Source of the DNA: Eledone cirrhosa
Taxonomy: Eukaryota
Assembly: GCA_964016885.1 (NCBI GenBank)
Contig: OZ024743.1
Span: 272,428,001-272,492,000 of the forward strand
Direction: 5' to 3'
DNA length: 64,000 bases
The notes below the pieces were generated by a model, which was not told the origin of the DNA, did no database searches, and saw only the letters and a program-made list of their open reading frames with translations. Shown here piece by piece: positions 27,318-41,896 of the stretch; position 1 is the first letter of the stretch; every line of letters starts with the position of its first letter. The position numbers were made by a program, and so were the translations under genes.

Positions 27318-30057
27318 AAAGTAGAAGAGCCACTTAGGAGTGGCAACGTAGCCAGTGTGCTAGCGACGAGAACGACCTTGGAGCAGTTCTTCGACGCAAA
27401 GCACGATGGCTGCCTTGTCAAGAGCAAAATACGTGCTCTGGGAAACGAGGGAACCAAAGCTGTTAGCTGGGCCCGAGTGATGGAGGAGAAAAGTGGCAAC
27501 AAGTCCACGATTCGGTCTTTGAAGGACCAAGACGGACGCGTGATACGTGAGCGGAAGCAGATGTGCGCGGCCTTTCAGCGACACTTTGCGCAACTGTTCC
27601 AGCAGGGTGGCCGTGCGTCGAACGGGGAAATGGACTTCGGTTCATACCTCGACGGCCCGCCGCGTCTCTCGAACATGGACGCCGAGTTCTGCGAAAGACC
27701 GATCACAGCCACTGAGATACGGGACGCTCTGGGTCGCGCTACGGGAAACGCAAATCACCCGGTATAGATGGTCTACCCTAGAGTTTTACATAGGCATGCC
27801 GGACTTGTACTCTGGCGTCCTAGAGGCCGTCTACTGCAACTGGCAGCAGAACGGGAGAATTCCCAGTTCTGCAGGCAGAAGCGTAGTAACGCTGATCAGG
27901 AAAAACAAGAACAGCGGGGGGACTAACTAAGCAACTTTAGGCCCATAACTCTGCTCAACACAGAGTTAAATATTTTGGCCAAGGTGTTGGCAACGATGTT
28001 GGCGCTTGTCGTCGAGAACCTGGTGGGAAAGCGCAAACGTGTGCAATCCCGACCAGGTCCATACACGACAACATCCACCTCATGCGATACAACATAGAGA
28101 GGGTGGGGTGTAAACCCGGTTTTGGTGGGGCTCTGATCAATTTAGATCAGTCTAAAGCGTTCGATAGGGTCGATCATCGATACTTGGAAGCGGTTCTCAA
28201 GGCGGCCGGTTTTGGACCCATCTTCAGGGGCTGGATCGCCGCAATGCACACCAACATTTGCTCGAATGGTCAAGGTGAACGGCTACCTATCGGAGCCGTT
28301 TGCAATCACGCGTTCCATCCAACAGGGATGCCCTCTTTCCTCCATTCTGTACCTCTGACTCTAGAGCCACTACTGCGGAAGCTGGAACTGCTGCAGGGCA
28401 TTCCGTTGGAACCGGGACTACGGAAAGCGGCGTCGGCTTGTGCCGACGATATGACAGTAATGGTGTCTGAAGCCTCCGAAATCGGGGCGATCGGCAATCT
28501 ACTGCAGGAATATGAAAGGCTCACAGGAGCAAAACTGAACCCGGACAAGTCTGTCGGTTTGCAACTCGAAACGTGCAGAGACAAACCGATGCCGTCCGAC
28601 AGCGTCGTCGGACGTTGGACGGACGGACCGGTGAAATTGCTCAGAGTCTGGTTCGGTCCGGACCTCCAGGTGAGGAAAAACTGGAATGAGGTCGCGGCCA
28701 AGGTATTTGTGCTCACCCAGAAGTGGGCAGAGTGCTAACTATCCTTGAAAGGTCGAGCGAAGCTGGCGAACACTTTCATAGGGTCCGTCATCTACTACTG
28801 CTTCACCGTCGTGCCTTGTCCTCGTGAACACCTCACCAAGACGGAACGCATGCTCTTCCGATTCCTTTGGAAGAAGCAGGCTCCGCTGGTGAAGAGATCT
28901 GTCTTCTGTCAGCACCCTTCCAACGGAGGGCTGGGAATGCCGTGGTTGATGATGCGCAAGCATGCGCTGAGGCTACAGCATCTACAGGTATTCCTCACCG
29001 ACTCCCAACCGGTGTGGGCACCGTTTGTGAGACAGGCCTTCTCGCAACTTGTCTCGCTGACGGAGCTGCAGTCCTGGGTCAAGCGAAGGCCGAAAAAGAT
29101 GGGCGCCTGGCACATTGAATGCACTCAGGCGCTCACATTCCTCTGCCAAGCGGGCACGGGAATTAGTGGTGACTCCACTTCGACATTCAATAGAGGGCTA
29201 GTACGTCAAAAGGGCGACGATGTGCTCGGAGAGACTCTAGGCGTCGAAGACGACGAACTCACCAGTCTGTTTGGTAGGACTTTCCACCCGGGACCTATGG
29301 ACAACTTCCAAAGGTCCCTGGCCTGTCAGTGCTACCGATGAGCTCTACCAGTTCGTGACAAGATCTACAGGCACGGACGCCCCGGCAGGGATCCTTCCAA
29401 GAGGACGTGTCCAAGATGCGCGCAGGACATTGAAACCGTCCTGCACGCAATTGTACACTGCCCGGGCGTAACCGACCTGTGGAACTACGCGGGACAACTG
29501 GGACAATATGGGACAAATCCAGTTGACTGCCGAGTCCATAGTAAGGATCAAACCGCCAACTTCTTTCAAAAAAGAAAGAGAGGTGGTTTTCCTCTCTATA
29601 GTGGCTATGGTGAAAGAGGTTATATGGTGGATGAGATTGAGAGGACTGAGGACAGATGCCTTTCTCTCCGGACAACAACTCATTACCTTCTTTAGATTCC
29701 ACTTTAGAAGGAGAATCAGAGTGGAGAGAGAGGCACTGCACCCCAGTAAATTTACTGAAAGGTGGGCGAATGTGGCAAAAATGGCCCGAGTGATTGGGCC
29801 TTCTCTGTATATAAACCTGTAGGTTGAAGAAGAGAGCAAAAGAAAGAAAGGAGCACTTGAACAACACGCCCCTGAAGTTGAGGGTTGTTCTATCGATGGG
29901 GTATTAAACAACCCATTTGTGGCGCCTCCCCCCTATTGGGGATTTCCATTGTTATAATTGTTTGTTTCATATATTTTTACACGATTGTATGTAAAATCCC
30001 CGGCATGTATTTGTTTTGTCCCTTTTTCTTGTGCGCCCTTGTGGCTAATAAAGAAAT
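27318..30057 (+). mobile_element. 5'-truncated Tx1-like LINE (RT and C-terminal cysteine region)
   Basis: RPITLLN, LDQSKAFDRVDH, ADDMT, GGLGMP. Homologous to ORF 42148-44595; ends cttgtggctaataaagaaat; flanked by (CTAT)n. Confidence 0.9.
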
Positions 30058-31742
30058 ATATCTATCCATCTAGCTATCTATCTTCAGCGATGCATATTTA
30101 TTAGTTGTGTGATATATCTAAGTTAGTTTTAGTGGGTTGTAATAACTATTTAGTGAATGTGCGTTCGAGTTTCTACATGAATATTAGGCATCAGCTTTCT
30201 TAGGGACGCGTGTATCCGATATGAAGGTTTTCACTTCGCATTAGACATGTTTCTTATTACGGAAGATTGTTCCTATTGAATTCTTTTGTACATTTTCAAC
30301 AAATGGAAAAGTATTTATTTAATCAGGCTAGGAAAATGATTTTGTGATATTAGATGTCACATTAAATGAGAAAAGAAGGTAAACCATATAGTATTCTTAC
30401 GACGTTTCATGATGTATAACAACACATGTCACCACATAATAGAATAAGGCATGCAAGTATGTCAATTTCGTTGTTTATTTGAAGACAATTTCTGGGTGAA
30501 AAATGTAAGCGATAAATAAATTTTTCTCAGCATTCCTTCTACAATGACGCCGAGAAAGATGAAATGGTTGGCCGGAAGATTTCATGCTCATAAAAATACC
30601 TTCAGCTTCCCAGACCGTCTGAAGATTCAGAGTTGATTATCTCTAGTCACACGAATGGTGGTTATTAATGAAAATACTAAATATTACGTAAGAACGATTT
30701 CAGAAATGCAACCTAAACTTTACAGACATAATTGACACGATAATTGTGGATATTGTAGATATCATTTTAAACCTAACTAATAACCTAACTAATGTAAGTA
30801 TGAAAGTGTATTGGAAGCTAAATTTAAACCTACGCTACATTAAGAAAGATTCAGATTCAGAAACAAAAGAAATTCCTCCTTTTTACAGCAACACATATCG
30901 ACAACGCAAATAAAAGGAATTGATAATAGCTCTCAAATCCGTTGCATAGACGAAATTGGAGCCTCCAGCTTTAATTGATGGAGATTACGTCTCTTTCGCT
31001 CGTCTGAGAAACAGCAACTACGCGTAAAACATTTATGATGACCAAGAAAAACGTAAATTGTATCGAAGTTCATCCACAAAACAAATATCCGTTAAGAAAC
31101 ATCTTCCAACTATAAACGTGATAGAATTTCACATTTAATAGTAATTAGTTAGTGCCAAAGAAAATATAGCAGTAATGCCAGAAAGTTCGATCAACAGATG
31201 TCCATTCTTCGAAACATTTATGGTGACAAAAAAGATGACGTTTAATGAATGGAGATTTTGGTTGAAACAACAATGGCCACACAATAAATAAATATCATTG
31301 AAAGTTTGACTAAATTGCCACATGAATTAATGACCAATAGAAAGTGAACGAAATTCTGTTGACATTAGAAACCATATCGCCATACATGTAGTCTTAGAGA
31401 CACAACAAATGATACATTTGCCGAATGATATTTTGACTCATTTTTATATTCAAACACATTTTCTCTCTCTCTGCATATATAAATATATGTATGTATATAT
31501 ATACACACACACGCCTTGTCTCTATATTTACCCTCTCTCTCTTTATATATATATATTGAGAGAGAGAAAGCGAAAGATAGAGACAGAGTGGGAGAAAGAA
31601 AGGTACAGATAGAGAAAGAGTGAAAGAAAGAGAGAGATAAGGTGTATATATATAAACTATTGTTACACACACACACACACAGACACACACACACACCTGT
31701 ATGTGTGTGTGCGTGCGTACACACATTTAAATATATTTCATT

Positions 31743-31934
31743 CGGTGGATTGGCAGTATCGGTAGAGGGTCGGACGCTATGCTTTGACGCACAGAGTTAC
31801 GACCCTTGCCATTCTGAGTTCGAATCCCGCCGAGGTTAACTTTGCCTTTCATCCTTACAGGGTCGATAAAATAAAAGTACCAGTAATGCACTGGGTAATT
31901 GCTGGCCTTGTGCCAAAAAGTAGAAACAATTATT
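31743..31934 (+). mobile_element. tRNA-derived SINE, near full length
   Basis: A box TGGCAGTATCGG at 31751-31762 and B box GAGTTCGAATCC at 31816-31827; multiple copies in the window. Confidence 0.88.
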
Positions 31935-31993
31935 TTCTTTTCGCAATGTAATAAACAAACTTGCATCATAAAACCTGCGACTATATACACTTG

Positions 31994-32042
31994 AAAAATC
32001 AAAAATCAAAAATCAAAAATCAAAAATCAAAAATCAAAAATC
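31994..32042. repeat. (AAAAATC)7 tandem repeat
   Basis: Direct reading of the sequence. Confidence 0.9.
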
Positions 32043-35000
32043 AAAAAAAAAATCACAAAAACATTAAAGTACAGTCTTGATGTGTAGCAGAGATAGAGAA
32101 ACCTTCAAATCTCAAAACAACTTGTCACGACTAATTTATGTCTATTACGACAGAAATGTTATACATCTACCATATATATATATATATCCCAACAGACTTA
32201 AAATTCACGTTGATAAATTGATAAATGACTGTAAACATTTCCAGACAAACAGTCTTCAAAACTAAAATAAGCTTTTTCTGAAATCGAAATGGCGTCTTGT
32301 TTCACTTTGTTACAGAAATCACCATCATTTATAATTACGCTGTGTTCTTATTCATACATGGCTTCTCAGACTGTCCAGTTGTATAAAAACAAACATACAC
32401 AAACATAATTTTGCACACATAGATAAATACATACATATTCTTTTTATAAACCTATTCATCCAGTCTGTGATTTTACAATTTGTTTCCAGCGACTGTACGC
32501 AGGCTTAACCTTTTTTATGATTTACTAGGAAGAAATAGTCTAACTTGATAACATGAATCACAGTATAGTCAATATTACTGTCGATACGACCAACTATACC
32601 CATTCTACAAATTCGAGGCATTGTGTCTCTGCAAGAAATCAATAATGATTACTTTCCACTCCCTTTTGTATAAGACACGATCAAAACCATTTTTGAATAA
32701 AAATTGTTAAAATTTCGAGAGGAATGGATGGATGCTCAAAACCTCTATTAGAGATTCAGCTACATCCCTACCAGATTCGAATTTCGCAAGTTTTCTTTCA
32801 ACCGTCTTTTACTTTGATGTTAAGTAGCAGGGGAAATTAAGAACATTTTGCTTGGTTGATTTATTAGATGGAATATTTGAATAGTTTCCACTGGGTCTCA
32901 ATCTTACTATTGTGGCATAGGCATAATTATGTAGTAGGAATGATCATTTAACAACTGGTTTGCTTCCTAAATCTTGTAGCTAAGGCATGTTAATGACATG
33001 GTAACTTCTGTTTGCCACTATTAAACAGCATATTGCTTCCCTTGTTTTCTCATGGATGTCTGATATTTTAGAGAATTTGTTGTTGGTTTCTAAATATTTA
33101 TCAAGTTAGTGTGCCAGCATGTGGAATAGATTCATGGTCTCAAATGTTTACTATTTTCTTACGTTTTGTTTATAGATCTTTTGAGGTTTGGAAACCATTT
33201 TTATTGTTTTGTTTTCGTAAACCGCTTGAGTGTGAGAAAAGCCATTTTGCTATTACCACTGTTCATTGCTCTGTCGGTTTTCGCACTTCTGAATCATCAT
33301 TCTTTGCTTGATCTCTTAATTGAAAACAGTGCACAAATGCGTTATTCTACATGTTTGCTTTATTTCTGAAGACATAAAGCAGAGTGGTACAGATGAATAA
33401 ATCAATAGAATTGGAAAGGCTTTGTGTTCATGACTATAGGACTGAATTTTGCAACAACCAAAATCAACTACCTCTATATATTCCAAATTGAATATATAGA
33501 CATAAAGTGACATTAATGAGTTATTTGTTGACTTGAAGTACTGAGTTCTCTTCCAATGAGAAATATTACCAGTGATATACTAGTGCCATATCCAATGCAA
33601 AACATAAACAAATTAGTTAAGTAATCCTTACAGCAAAATATAAACGAAGAATTGATGCGGAAGCGGCCAGGCTGTCGATGCCATAACTATGACGGACGGC
33701 AAATGTGGGCGTCAGTTCGTCGTCACTCTAACTTCTATAAATAACAGCCAGTTCTTTCTCAAATCAGATTCTACCGTCTTATAGATGTCGGTGAATATTA
33801 ATCAATGTAGGTATAAATATCCAAACAGATGCAGTTTTTATGTCTGGAACGCCTTCAATCAATTGTCTGTTCAATCAGAGCTGACCAGGAATAAAACAAG
33901 AACAACAGCAACAAGACCCGAAGTGCGCATACAATTACAAATATAAATTCTATCTCAATCTGTGTGTCCATACTTTGGTCAATTCTTAACTGATTTCGCA
34001 TTATTTTCAGGAAAGCTATTCGACCTTTATACAATGTCAGTTAGCAACTGCCACTGTAAAATACCTTTGGGACATATTGATTGCAGAATATGCAATGTTT
34101 AACCAACAATAGATACTTAGTTATCTCAGAAATAGTCGACTACACTAAGAAACCAAACAATCACACAGACACACGCAGACAAACACACACCAGATACACA
34201 CAAAAGGAAACTAACTTTCACTTCACTGACTCGACTCCGTATATGTATATGTATGTATGTATACACAATTTGATTGTTATTTATGTTGTACATATATATA
34301 TTATTCTCACAATTCTTACACAGCTGTGTACGGGTTCGGGATTGAAAGAAGAGTAGAGGAGAACCATAACTAATGTCACTATTTCTACTACACTTTTATC
34401 GTCCCCATCAATACTATCGAAAATTGCTTTTATACATCATCACAAGTTCTTCCCCTTCTTCCTCATCATAAACCACCTCTATACAAAGTGGAAAATATTT
34501 GCAAGTCAACATTAAAGAATAAACCAGGGTTGCATTCACACCAACCCACACAAATATTTCAACTTTGAATACAAAACATTTGTCGCCAAGGTGAATCGAT
34601 CGGTTGCAGACACGTTTTTCATGTCTTTGCCAATCATGTTCACTTGGGGGAGATATTCCATTTACACTTTTCTGCTTTAAAGAAACCCATAAAAGTTTGG
34701 TCGCACTGGTTGTTATTTTAAATGACTTTGAAACGTCAGGGCCTCCATGTCTTGTAGGAGAGCAGAGAAAAAGATGGAAACTGCAAGTTATAGATTACTG
34801 ATGTAGAAATCAATGTACTAATATGGCTAAGCATTCTCAGCTTGGAACCCGGGTCACAATGCTTCAATATACTGGGTGTCGTTAAAGAGACCTAAGGCCC
34901 AGATGGTATACATCCGGGTTCTGGTTTAAGTCTATCATCATCAAATCAGATGCATTTCATCTGGTGATCTTCTTCACAGTTTCCATAGACTCAATGTTAC

Positions 35001-35688
35001 TCTTTAATCCTTTGGTCGTAAGAGAGTAAATTAGCAGAGTCTTTAGAGATTCGGATTAAATGCTTTGTGCTATTTATTCCGAAACACTGCGCTCCAAGTT
35101 CAAATCTCTACGAGGTCAACTTTTCTCATATATTTTCAGGGAAGATAAATAAAGTACTCTGTGCTTGACAGTGGATGGCAGGAAGCCTTCCTGTATCCAT
35201 TTTGATCCAGTACATTTCGAGTTCAAATCCCATCTCATGTCACCTAAAATATTGACACGCTAGGATCGGAGCTCTTATTGTTAAAACGCCAAATAAACAT
35301 GTGTAATGCGACCTGCTAAAACTGCACAGGTGCATGCCGTAAAAGCGATAAGAATGAAATTTCACTCGAACTTGACCATAGTCTACTATACTAGACCCTT
35401 ATACAAGATGATCCACACTAAAAGCGAAGCAAAAATCACAGCTTTTCGAAAAAAAACTTCATAAATATACAGTCAAGCCAGTTGTTCTCAGTATGATGCT
35501 TGAAGTATGGCATTAAAATATCGAGTTTGTTCACCCAATTCGATTTAAAATCACGTGTACAACACACTGCGAGATAAATCACGTTGAGATTTTAATAAAA
35601 TTAAGTCAGATAGTAACAGAAGGAAACATCCATACTTTCACATATTTTCGTCAGAGCTTCTACTATATATTTCGGATTTTCTCAGTGA

Positions 35689-36013
35689 TCCATACTATCT
35701 TTATTACCAAAAATATTATGCTACCCAAAACGGATTATCATGATGATAAAAGATGATGGAGTGGATGATGAAAATGAAGATGTAGAAGAAGACGACGAAA
35801 AAGAAAAAGAAAAGGATCTGTAGCAGGCCGGTGCATGTTGATATTAGCCTGCACAACCACACATTCGTAGGTCCAAATATATGCATAGACATATTTACCC
35901 CCACATAGCAATAGTTATTTTCAAATAAATACATTTTTATACGGGTATTGAATATTTTTTGCTGTTTTGTAACCCCAAATATACAAAAGTTACACGCCAA
36001 GAGAGAGAGATAG

Positions 36014-36051
<38 letters not shown>

Positions 36052-37429
36052 GATAGAAAAAGAGACATCTTTATTGAGATTTTAAAAAGAAAGGAAGAAA
36101 TGTGTTACAGAGAGTGAGGGATGACAGCCTTCTTTGAATATGTCGTTTGAAAAGCTACATTATACATGCACACACATAGCACGCTACATTAAACATACAC
36201 ACACATACACACACGTTGTGAATGTGTAATGTTTAATGTGAATTCTAATAAATAGTTTGTTGCAACTACTAAGTGTACTTCCAATATATTTTATAGTAGT
36301 TTCGATGCTGGAATATGTGAGTTTTGGAATATCTCTTACACTGTCTTCAAAATATTTTAGATCCTTATATGGAAGGTCATCTTCATATGACAAGAGAACG
36401 AAAGTAGAGCGATCTAAAGACAGGGAACATGCTCTACAGACTCGTCAAGCTGTTAACATGATGTAAAATACTTTGACTCGAGCACATGAAGTAGTAGTGG
36501 ACAGGTAGTACCATGTAGATAAAAAATATACAGAGGATTGCTGCTGCTGCTCGAGAAAACAAACTGAGAAACAGTAGCAAAATAGGCGAAATATTGGTTA
36601 AGTACGTTGTTCTACAGTCCAAGCAGAAGCACGAGCCATACGAAATAGGAATATCTTGATGGGTGCTTCTTCCATGACAACCCAAAACGACTACAGCAGC
36701 AATTTACAAATCATTTGAAAAATGAATGCTGTCATTATGGTGCCTAGAAGTGGGCAGAAGGAACATTTGGTCTATACTGCTCAAGAAGAAAAAATTAGTT
36801 CCCTACATTACAAGAGTTTCCTGAATTTCTGAAGAATCTACTTTCAGGATAGCACAGAGACACGACACTTCGATAGTTTGAAAAATACAAATTTGCCTTT
36901 CAAATGACATCTTTCGGGGCTGACAGGAACATGATAGACATTCGATTATGTTGAACGTAGGAACTGCTGCCATTTAATATTTATGTAGGTTTATTTCATG
37001 GGCGGCAACAACACAGGACAAAATAATGGTTTCTTATATAGGCACAAGGCCAGCAATTTTGGGGGAGGGGAAAGTTGATTAAATCAACCCCAGTGCGTGA
37101 CTGGTACTTTATTTTATCGACCCTGTAAGGATGAAAGGGAAACTTAATCTCGGCGGAGTTTGAACTCAGATCGTAAAGGGCCGTAACTCAATGCTGCAAA
37201 GCATGGCATCCGACGCTCTACCGATACTGCCAATCCAGCGCCCTAACACTGGACAAAATAATGATGTTTATCTTGATTCCTAGCTTAAAACAAGTAATAA
37301 AGAAAATCCTGTTGTATTCAGGGAATATACACAACGATCGTATTAAATTGGGCAAATGTTCTGTAATATGTGACAAAATATATTATTACTTTCACAATAC
37401 AATCGGGTATTGCCGGGTACCCCTGCTAG
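35689..37429 (+). mobile_element. Non-autonomous, degenerate Helitron
   Basis: Candidate A|TC 5' end; 3' hairpin gggta..taccc followed by CTAG|T. Remnant peptide at about 36725-36925 (KW..G..C..LQEFPEFLKNLLSG..QMTSFGA) resembles the Helitron RepHel N-terminal region. Confidence 0.6.
37024..37243 (-). mobile_element. tRNA-derived SINE nested in the Helitron
   Basis: Same family as 31743. Confidence 0.85.
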
Positions 37430-37496
<67 letters not shown>

Positions 37497-38237
37497 AAGG
37501 ATATTGATTTTTAATACTCCAATACATTCTTTTGTTAATTCCATGTCTTAAAATCTCCCTCCATAATTCTCCAACGAATTATTGATATCTTTACAAATAA
37601 CATCTTTTTACTGAATCTGTTTTGATACTTGAAAATAAAGTATGGTAATATGATTGCATGTGTATACCCCCCCCCCCCCACACACACACCCCCACACACA
37701 CACAATATATATATATATAATATATACTTATTCAACCTTCCGTGAAAGTTCTTGCAGCCGTTGTGCATTCCGATATAATGTTTCTTCATTTTGTCTCTTC
37801 AACAAGAATTTGAACGACTTATTGTATAAAGGCGATTACGTGTGGAAATTCCTCTGCTGCAAACGTTTACTTAAATTCCAATATAAAACTATAGTTTTCC
37901 ATAGTTTTGTTTTCATGCTATTTGAGAATACAGTGTGATACATTGGAATTGCGTTATTGCATTTCTTTTTCATTTTACATATTTACAATATTTCTCTATT
38001 ACTACATTGTTAAATATTACATTGGCAATCGCTGCAAGTTGGGTCAATAAGATGATGGAAAGCCAAACTATGAGTTGGAAGTTCGTGTTTGGGTATCAGT
38101 AATCGAGATTTTCGTAGCATTGCTGCGCTTAGATTAAGGATCAAAATAATAGACTTACAATATATCATAGAATTGTAGGGTTTTCATTTTATTTCATATA
38201 ATTTCCTCTATTAATACTACTACTAATAATAATAATA

Positions 38238-41200
38238 TTTGTGTTCGTCTACAGCGTGGTGATAATGCCACACAAGAGCCAAGTGGAGCGGCGCAACCAC
38301 CGGAGACGGTGAATCCACAGATGGTTATGTAACCATACATTCGCCAATCCTCGATAAGAGTGTTTAAATATCGAACCTAAACAGTTCGAATAACGGTGAA
38401 ATGGAGACTAGAACGTCATGTGACAGACTCTCACCCAACGGGTGCTCCCTGGCTCAGCAGCAGGGACCTGGCTGTCAACCAAATACTGCTGGTGTCGGAG
38501 GAAGAAGAAGAAGGAAAGGGACCAGAACCAACTGGACGAAAGAATTGAATATAACTGTTATGCAATGTTACCTGAAAAGTAACCCCAAGGAGAGGGGCTA
38601 TAGGAGACGGATGCATAACATCTGGAACGAGATTGGTCTATTTAAATTAGATGAACAAAAATTGGCCGAGCAGGCTCGGGTAATAAGAACTAATGGGTGG
38701 ATAAGCGAGCTGGAACTGGAGGAACTGAGCAGAGAGATTAGCTTGGAGATGGAGGGTGGAGTAGCCAGGCAAACGAGCCAGTGGGAAATGAAGGTGAAGA
38801 GGTCGAGAGAACGGAGGAACCACCCGAAGCAGACAATGATCTGAATACTGAGATAAATAATACCTGGAACAGAGATACGGCCACTGAGGAGATGAATGCT
38901 GACGGGCTAGGACAATATTCGGTTGACATCCTAAATTTAGTGGTAGATGAATTGAACAATGATAGTGGGAGACCTATGAACCTAAGATTTGTAGACAGGA
39001 AAAAGTTAAAAGAAACAACAGCTAAGGTAAACAAAGTCATCCCATACCTTGAGGCGAGGAGCCTTCACCAGTGCAACAATATCCTCAAAGCAACAGCAAA
39101 TACGGTGAGGAAACTACTTGGTATAAAAGCGAGAGGAAACAACAGACAAGAAAGAGCAGAGCCTTGGTGGAAGAAACGACTGAGTGGTCAAATCAGGGAA
39201 ATGAGAAATGACATTGGAAAGCTTGAGTCACTACTGAATGGGACACTAAAAAACATAGACACTAAAATAGACTGGAAATAAAGTACAAAACTAGGAGGAA
39301 AAAGCTAAATATTATCATAGAGGAACTGAAGCAACGCATTGTAGCAAAGAGTGCAAAAATCAGGCGACACCAGAACAGAGTCAGTCAGTATAAACAGAAC
39401 CGCATGTTCGACAACAACCAGAAGATGCTGTTTGGACAGCTTGAGGGGTAAGAAAGAGGCAACGACTTAATCCCTGAGGCGGAACAAACTAAAACATTCT
39501 GGAGAGGAATATGGGAGCAGGATGTTAGACATAATGACCAGGCAGTGTGGATTGAGACAGTACAGAGGGAGATCGGTGAGCAGGCACACCAACAAACTGA
39601 TTTGAGTATCACAGTTGAAACTCTTAAGGGGCAGGCCAAAAAACTAACCAACTGGAAATCACCAGGCCCAGATGGTGTGCAGGGGTATTGGATTAAAAAT
39701 ATAACATCCCTCCACTCGAAACTGACAACCATGTTCAATGACTGCTTGATGTCAGGTGAGGTACCAGAGTGGTTGACAAAAGATACCACAGTTCTGATAA
39801 TGAAAGACCGAATCAAGCGTAATGATATTACCAACTATAGACCTATCACATGTCTATCCGTAATGTGGAAACTGTTGAGCATTGTGTCTGAGGAAATCTA
39901 CCATCACTTCCACACAAACAACTTGTTACCGGACGAACAGAAAGGATGCTGAAAGAAGTCACGTGGTACAAAGGACCAGTTACTTATTGATAGGATGGTA
40001 ATGGGGAATTGCAGGAGGAGACACACTGATCTTGCCATGGGATGGATAGACTACAGAAAGGCATTTGACATGGTGCCTCATTCTTGGATCACCAAAAGCC
40101 TGGAGATCTTCAAGGTGGCAGATAACATCAGACAGTTGTTGGGCCAAGTATGAGGTCCTGGGAAACAGAGTTGACATCAACTAGAGAATCCTTGGGAAGC
40201 GTGAAGATCAAGAGAGGTATCTTCCAGGGAGATAGTTTGTCCCCTCTGTTGTTTGTCCTTGCCCTGATGCCCCTGACCAGTGTACTGCGAAAAGTGAGAG
40301 CAGGATACAGGTTGGGAAAGGGAGGGCTTACCATCAATCACCTCCTCTTCATGAACGATCTTAAGCTCTTCGGGAAGAGTGAGAAGGAGTTGGATGTGCT
40401 TGTTGACACTGTCCGTATTTTCAGCAGTGATATATGTATGCAGTTTGGTATTAGTAAGTGTGGAGTCATTGTGATGAGGAGGGGTAGGTTGAGCAGAAGT
40501 AACGGAATCCAGATACCAACAGGTGAGATTATAAAGGAAATTGATTCTGAGAAAGGATACAAGTATTTGGCCGTTCTGGAGCCTGATGGCATAAAGAACA
40601 AAAAAAATGAAGGAATTGTTAAGAACTGAATACATTCGGAGAGTAAGGAGCGTATTGAAGTCACATCTGAATAGCAGAAATGCCATAAGCGCAGTAAACT
40701 CCCGAGCTGTGTCTATTATTAGGTACAGTGCGGGAATTCTGAGATGGAATGTTGCTGAACAAAAAGAAATGGATAGGAAGACTAGGAAGCTATTGACTAT
40801 CTACAACATGTTCCACAAGAGGAGTGATGTCGATAGACTCTACTTAAGGAGATCTGAGGGTGGAAGAGGTCTTATCAGCATAGAGGACTGTGTTCAGATG
40901 GAGAAAAACAACCTACACAAATACGTGACTGATAGTAAGGAGCCAATGCTCAGAACTGTACTGAAGGAGGGGACAATAGGCCTGGGGATGTCCAAGGAGG
41001 AAATAACATCAAGGAGAAAGAGCAGCCTTCAGGAAAAATCCCTTCATAGTACCTTCTTTGAGAAAACTGAATTTAGAGATCCACAGACATGGAACTGGTT
41101 GAGAAGAGGAGACCTTAAAAAGGCTACAGAAGGAATGTTAATGGCTGCGCAGGAGCAGGCCCTCAAAACGAAGTTGTTGAAACACCATATTTACAAGGAG

Positions 41201-41868
41201 GAGGCTAGCCCACTGTGCAGGATCTGTGGAGAGAGAGATGAGACTGTGGCTCACATTGTATCCGAGTGTAAACCCCTAGCCCAGACCCACTATAAGGGCT
41301 GGAGACATGATGTGATGGGCAGGGTGATCCACTGGCACCTGTGCAAAGTAAACAATCTACCACATTCTGAGAAATGGTATGAGCATAGGCCAGAGGCGGT
41401 GATGGAGAACGATCAGGTGAAGGTGCTGTGGGATTTTAGGATACAGACGGACAAGAAACTGGAACACAATAGACCTGACCTGGTGGTTGTGGACAAAGAA
41501 AAAAGATCGTGTCTGATTGTGGATGTGGATGTGGCCTGCCTATTCGACACGAGAGTGCATGAGAAGGAGAGGGAGAAAATTAACCGATACCAGGACTTAA
41601 AGTGGGAGGTAAAGAGGATTTGGAACTGCCATGAAGTCAAAGTGATCCCGATTGTCATAGGCGCACTGGGGACTATCTCCAAAAGTTTCCAGGGATGGTT
41701 AAAGAAAATCGGCCCCTTCACGCTTTTTGGAACGCTTCAAAAGGCATGCTTGCTGGGAACAGCAAGAATCCTCCGATACGTCCTGAATGTCTGAGGCTGC
41801 AGGTAGTGGCTTGATATTCATTCCAACGGACTTTCCAGTTAACTAACATCAATGACTGAGGTTCAAGG
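38238..41868 (+). mobile_element. R4/Dong-like RLE non-LTR retrotransposon, near full length, frameshifted
   Basis: [51 protein letters not shown]...C knuckle, RPD..D..EK endonuclease; (AAT)n on both sides. Confidence 0.92.
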
Positions 41869-41896
41869 AATAATAATAATAATAATAATGATAATG

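Noticed and set aside
31743-31834. tRNA gene
   Set aside because: A and B boxes are present but there is no cloverleaf; it continues into a multi-copy SINE body.
32880-34960. Possible host exons or old LINE remnants
   Set aside because: No sustained reading frame or recognisable motif I can support.
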